DNA of 47,469 nucleotides from a virus (Duplodnaviria; Heunggongvirae; Uroviricota; Caudoviricetes): IMG/VR virus record IMGVR_UViG_2877274432_000010; one strand, 5' to 3'. Shown piece by piece: positions 44,293 to 47,469 of this stretch (position 1 is its first letter; each line of letters starts with the position of its first letter). The notes under the pieces were generated by a model. It saw only the letters and a program-made list of their open reading frames with translations, ran no database searches and was not told where the DNA came from. The position numbers and the translations under genes were made by a program.

Positions 44293-44568
44293 GTGGCTTC
44301 CATTTCCATCAGATGTCCTTCCTGCTCCGCTACTGAAGGCGTGGTGCGTAACGGCAAAAGCACTGCCGGACATCAGCGCTATCTCTGCTCTCATTGCCGT
44401 AAAACATGGCAACTACAGTTCACTTACACCGCCTCTCAGCCCGGTACGCACCAGAAAATCATTGATATGGCCATGAATGGCGTCGGATGTCGCGCCAGTG
44501 CACGCATTATGGGCGTTGGCCTCAACACGGTTTTACGTCACTTAAAAAACTCAGGCCGCAGTCGGTAA
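44293..44568 (+). CDS. insA: IS1 InsA
   Basis: 91-aa ORF. Confidence 0.85.
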   Translation: MASISIRCPSCSATEGVVRNGKSTAGHQRYLCSHCRKTWQLQFTYTASQPGTHQKIIDMAMNGVGCRASARIMGVGLNTVLRHLKNSGRSR

Positions 44569-44990
44569 CCTCGCGCATACAACCGGGCAGTGATGTGATT
44601 GTCTGCGCTGAAATGGACGAACATTGGGGCTACGTCGGTGCTAAATCACGTCAGCGCTGGCTGTTTTACGCGTATGACAGGATACGGAGGACGGTTGTGG
44701 CGCACGTCTTCGGTGAACGCACTCTGGCCACACTGGAGCGTCTTCTGAGCCTGCTGTCGGCCTTTGAGGTCGTGGTATGGATGACGGATGGCTGGCCGCT
44801 GTATGAATCACGCCTGAAGGGAAAGCTGCACGTTATCAGCAAGCGTTACACTCAGCGCATTGAGCGACATAATCTGAATCTGAGACAACATCTGGCAAGG
44901 CTGGTACGGAAGTCACTGTCGTTCTCAAAATCGGTGGAGCTGCATGACAAGGTCATCGGGCATTATCTGAACATAAAACACTATCAGTAA
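44487..44990 (+). CDS. insB: IS1 InsB
   Basis: 167-aa ORF. Confidence 0.85.
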   Translation: MSRQCTHYGRWPQHGFTSLKKLRPQSVTSRIQPGSDVIVCAEMDEHWGYVGAKSRQRWLFYAYDRIRRTVVAHVFGERTLATLERLLSLLSAFEVVVWMTDGWPLYESRLKGKLHVISKRYTQRIERHNLNLRQHLARLVRKSLSFSKSVELHDKVIGHYLNIKHYQ

Positions 44991-45780
44991 GTTGGAGTCA
45001 TTACCGGTTGAATGTATTAATATGCAATGGTACGTGTCAGGGATTAAAAGATGAACGTAAATTTATTCAACGCATTAATTTTAAAGGGTTTTATTGTTTG
45101 TTGACGAAAACAGGAATCATGTTCGGTCTCTTTTTATCTGTTAAAAGCCAGAAGCATTTCCTTCGCTGACTTTATAGTCAACCATAACACACACTCTACT
45201 GTCTGAGTCCAGCGTTTTTTAACATTCTTGTTAAGATTATGTGATCTTTAGCGCGGGAGGAAAATATTGATGAAACAGCCTGCGCCCGTTTATCAGAGAA
45301 TTGCGGGTCATCAATGGCGACATATCTGGCTTTCTGGCGATATACACGGTTGTCTTGAGCAGTTGCGCCGCAAATTATGGCATTGTCGTTTTGATCCGTG
45401 GCGAGATTTACTTATCTCAGTGGGAGACGTTATCGATCGTGGGCCGCAAAGTTTACGTTGTCTGCAGTTACTGGAACAACATTGGGTTCGTGCGGTAAGA
45501 GGCAATCATGAACAGATGGCGATGGATGCGCTGGCATTCCAGCAGATGTCTTTGTGGTTGATGAATGGCGGCGACTGGTTTATTGCGCTGGCAGATAATC
45601 AACAGAAACAAGCGAAAACGGCGCTGGAAAAATGTCAGCATTTGCCCTTTATTCTTGAAGTACACAGTCGCACCGGCAAGCATGTTATTGCTCATGCCGA
45701 TTATCCAGATGATGTTTGAGGTAGCCTGAGTTTAACGGACACTCCTTCCTGAAATAGAATGGCATCAGAAGGAGCTAATA

Positions 45781-46083
45781 ATGAGCAGAAAAACCCAACG
45801 TTACTCTAAAGAGTTCAAAGCCGAAGCTGTCAGAACGGTTCTTGAAAATCAACTTTCGATCAGTGAAGGCGCTTCCCGATTATCTCTTCCTGAAGGCACT
45901 TTAGGACAATGGGTTACCGCCGCCAGAAAAGGGCTCGGTACTCCTGGTTCCCGCACGGTGGCTGAACTGGAATCTGAAATTCTGCAACTGCGTAAGGCGT
46001 TAAATGAAGCTCGCCTTGAGCGAGATATATTAAAAAAAGCAACAGCGTATTTTGCACAGGAGTCGCTGAAAAATACGCGTTAA
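45781..46083 (+). CDS. IS600 OrfA
   Basis: 100-aa ORF. Confidence 0.85.
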   Translation: MSRKTQRYSKEFKAEAVRTVLENQLSISEGASRLSLPEGTLGQWVTAARKGLGTPGSRTVAELESEILQLRKALNEARLERDILKKATAYFAQESLKNTR

Positions 46084-46118
46084 TCGAACAATGGCGACAA
46101 CAATTTCCCATTGAAGCG

Positions 46119-46937
46119 ATGTGTCAGGTATTTGGTGTATCCAGGAGCGGTTATTACAACTGGGTACAGCATGAACCCTCAGACAGAAAACAAAGTGATG
46201 AGCGGCTAAAACTGGAGATTAAGGTGGCACATATCCGCACTCGCGAAACATATGGAACCCGGCGGCTCCAGACGGAGCTGGCAGAGAATGGCATCATCGT
46301 TGGTCGTGACCGACTGGCACGTCTTCGTAAGGAGCTGAGGCTACGCTGTAAGCAGAAACGCAAGTTCAGAGCGACTACGAACCCGAACCACAATCTGCCA
46401 GTTGCGCCAAATCTGCTGAACCAGACGTTCGCTCCTACAGCACCAAATCAGGTCTGGGTGGCGGACCTGACGTATGTTGCCACACAGGAGGGATGGTTGT
46501 ACCTCGCTGGCATCAAAGATGTTTATACGTGCGAAATTGTCGGCTACGCCATGGGAGAGCGCATGACAAAAGAGCTGACAGGTAAAGCCCTGTTTATGGC
46601 GCTCAGGAGCCAGCGCCCACCTGCCGGGCTAATCCACTACTCTGATCGAGGTTCACAGTACTGCGCATACGATTACCGGGTCATACAGGAGCAGTCTGGT
46701 CTGAAAACATCAATGTCGCGTAAAGGTAACTGTTACGACAACGCTCCGATGGAAAGCTTCTGGGGAACGCTGAAAAATGAGAGCCTGAGCCACTATCGTT
46801 TTAATAACCGGGATGAAGCCATCTCAGTAATACGGGAATACATTGAGATTTTCTACAATCGTCAGCGTCGTCACTCTCGTCTGGGGAATATCTCCCCGGC
46901 AGCCTTCAGGGAAAAATATCATCAGATGGCTGCTTAA
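46119..46937 (+). CDS. IS600 OrfB
   Basis: 272-aa ORF (H to Y substitution in LIHYSDRG). Confidence 0.85.
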   Translation: MCQVFGVSRSGYYNWVQHEPSDRKQSDERLKLEIKVAHIRTRETYGTRRLQTELAENGIIVGRDRLARLRKELRLRCKQKRKFRATTNPNHNLPVAPNLLNQTFAPTAPNQVWVADLTYVATQEGWLYLAGIKDVYTCEIVGYAMGERMTKELTGKALFMALRSQRPPAGLIHYSDRGSQYCAYDYRVIQEQSGLKTSMSRKGNCYDNAPMESFWGTLKNESLSHYRFNNRDEAISVIREYIEIFYNRQRRHSRLGNISPAAFREKYHQMAA

Positions 46938-47193
46938 AAAAAGAACAAATGGTAGTGTCCGCTATTGCCAGTACACCTCAGTTTATGAATGGCAAAAGGA
47001 CGTTGATTTGCATCAGGTCTTGTGGAGCCGCTCGCGATTAGGTGAACGCCCAAAAGGGCAGGGAATTACAGGTGCTGATCATTTCTGGTTTGGTCATACA
47101 CCGTTGCGACATCGCGTGGATATTGGCAACCTGCATTATATTGATACCGGTGCTGTCTTTGGGGGCTAACTGACTCTTGTGCAACTGCAATAA

Positions 47194-47469
47194 TTAAAAA
47201 TCACCATACTCCTGTGCTGGTTGCCAGAAACCATCTATAAAATCCTCAATCGGAAAACAACTGCCATGGCGGATCCGTTGATCGCTCATAGAATAAAGAC
47301 ACTGCTGTTCCGTGTTGTAGACATCCACAACAATATCTTCACAACCGCCATCCAGGTAGCAAACAAAAAGTACCAGCGCGAACATTTCATCCCCGAAGTG
47401 TGGTGCCGTACCGTTAAGTTTAGGAGAGATTTTACAACGGGGGAATAACCAGGACAAATAACCCGCCAT
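47194..47469 (-). CDS. Hypothetical protein, 3' part (gene continues beyond window end)
   Basis: Open frame reaching the window edge; no motif recognised. Confidence 0.3.
   Translation of the reverse strand: MAGYLSWLFPRCKISPKLNGTAPHFGDEMFALVLFVCYLDGGCEDIVVDVYNTEQQCLYSMSDQRIRHGSCFPIEDFIDGFWQPAQEYGDF

Larger units (their letters stand above)
44238..45005 (+). mobile_element. IS1, copy D, 768 bp
   Basis: IS1 ends; 9-bp direct repeat GGTTGAATG at 44229-44237 and 45006-45014. Confidence 0.9.
45717..46980 (+). mobile_element. IS600, copy 4, 1264 bp
   Basis: Both ends present; flanked by direct repeat GTT. Confidence 0.9.
45267..47169 (+). pseudogene. Ser/Thr protein phosphatase (lambda NinI/PrpA-like) interrupted by IS600
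   Basis: Metallophosphatase motifs GDIHGC, GDVIDRG, GNHE in 45267-45716; frame resumes after IS600 at 46981 (YEWQKDVDLHQ...IDTGAVFGG); 3-bp duplication GTT. Confidence 0.75.

Overview
This window reads as a Shigella / enteroinvasive E. coli-type chromosomal accessory region (inference from IS1, IS2, IS600, IS911 and IS629 content plus an ipaH effector gene and sitABCD). By my boundary calls roughly one third of the 47.5 kb is insertion sequence: IS600 x4 complete + 1 partial, IS1 x4, IS2 x2, IS911 (one copy plus a tandem partial copy and a solo end), and IS629 split by a group II intron. Between the IS copies lie decayed lambdoid prophage modules: (i) an early-right replication - nin - Q - late-promoter segment (1740-11190) carrying a hok-family toxin gene; (ii) a four-tRNA cluster; (iii) tail fibre/tfa genes, the sitABCD Mn/Fe transporter, an integrase fragment and a leftward early operon arranged in phage vegetative-map order (20125-39500); (iv) an ipaH E3-ligase gene with an upstream MxiE box; (v) an IS600-disrupted Ser/Thr phosphatase gene. 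The most unusual feature, and my best candidate for an undescribed system, is a largely non-coding island at 13634-18407: a tyrosine integrase gene directly beside the tRNA cluster, followed by three tandem ~121-bp repeats each carrying a perfect 23-bp T7 RNA polymerase promoter consensus, AT-rich tandem repeats, and arrays of a 13-bp motif in direct and inverted orientation, with no T7-type RNA polymerase gene in the window. I interpret it as a possible element that responds to or parasitises T7-like phage; this is a hypothesis only. All family assignments are from reading the translations and DNA motifs by eye; no database search was run.
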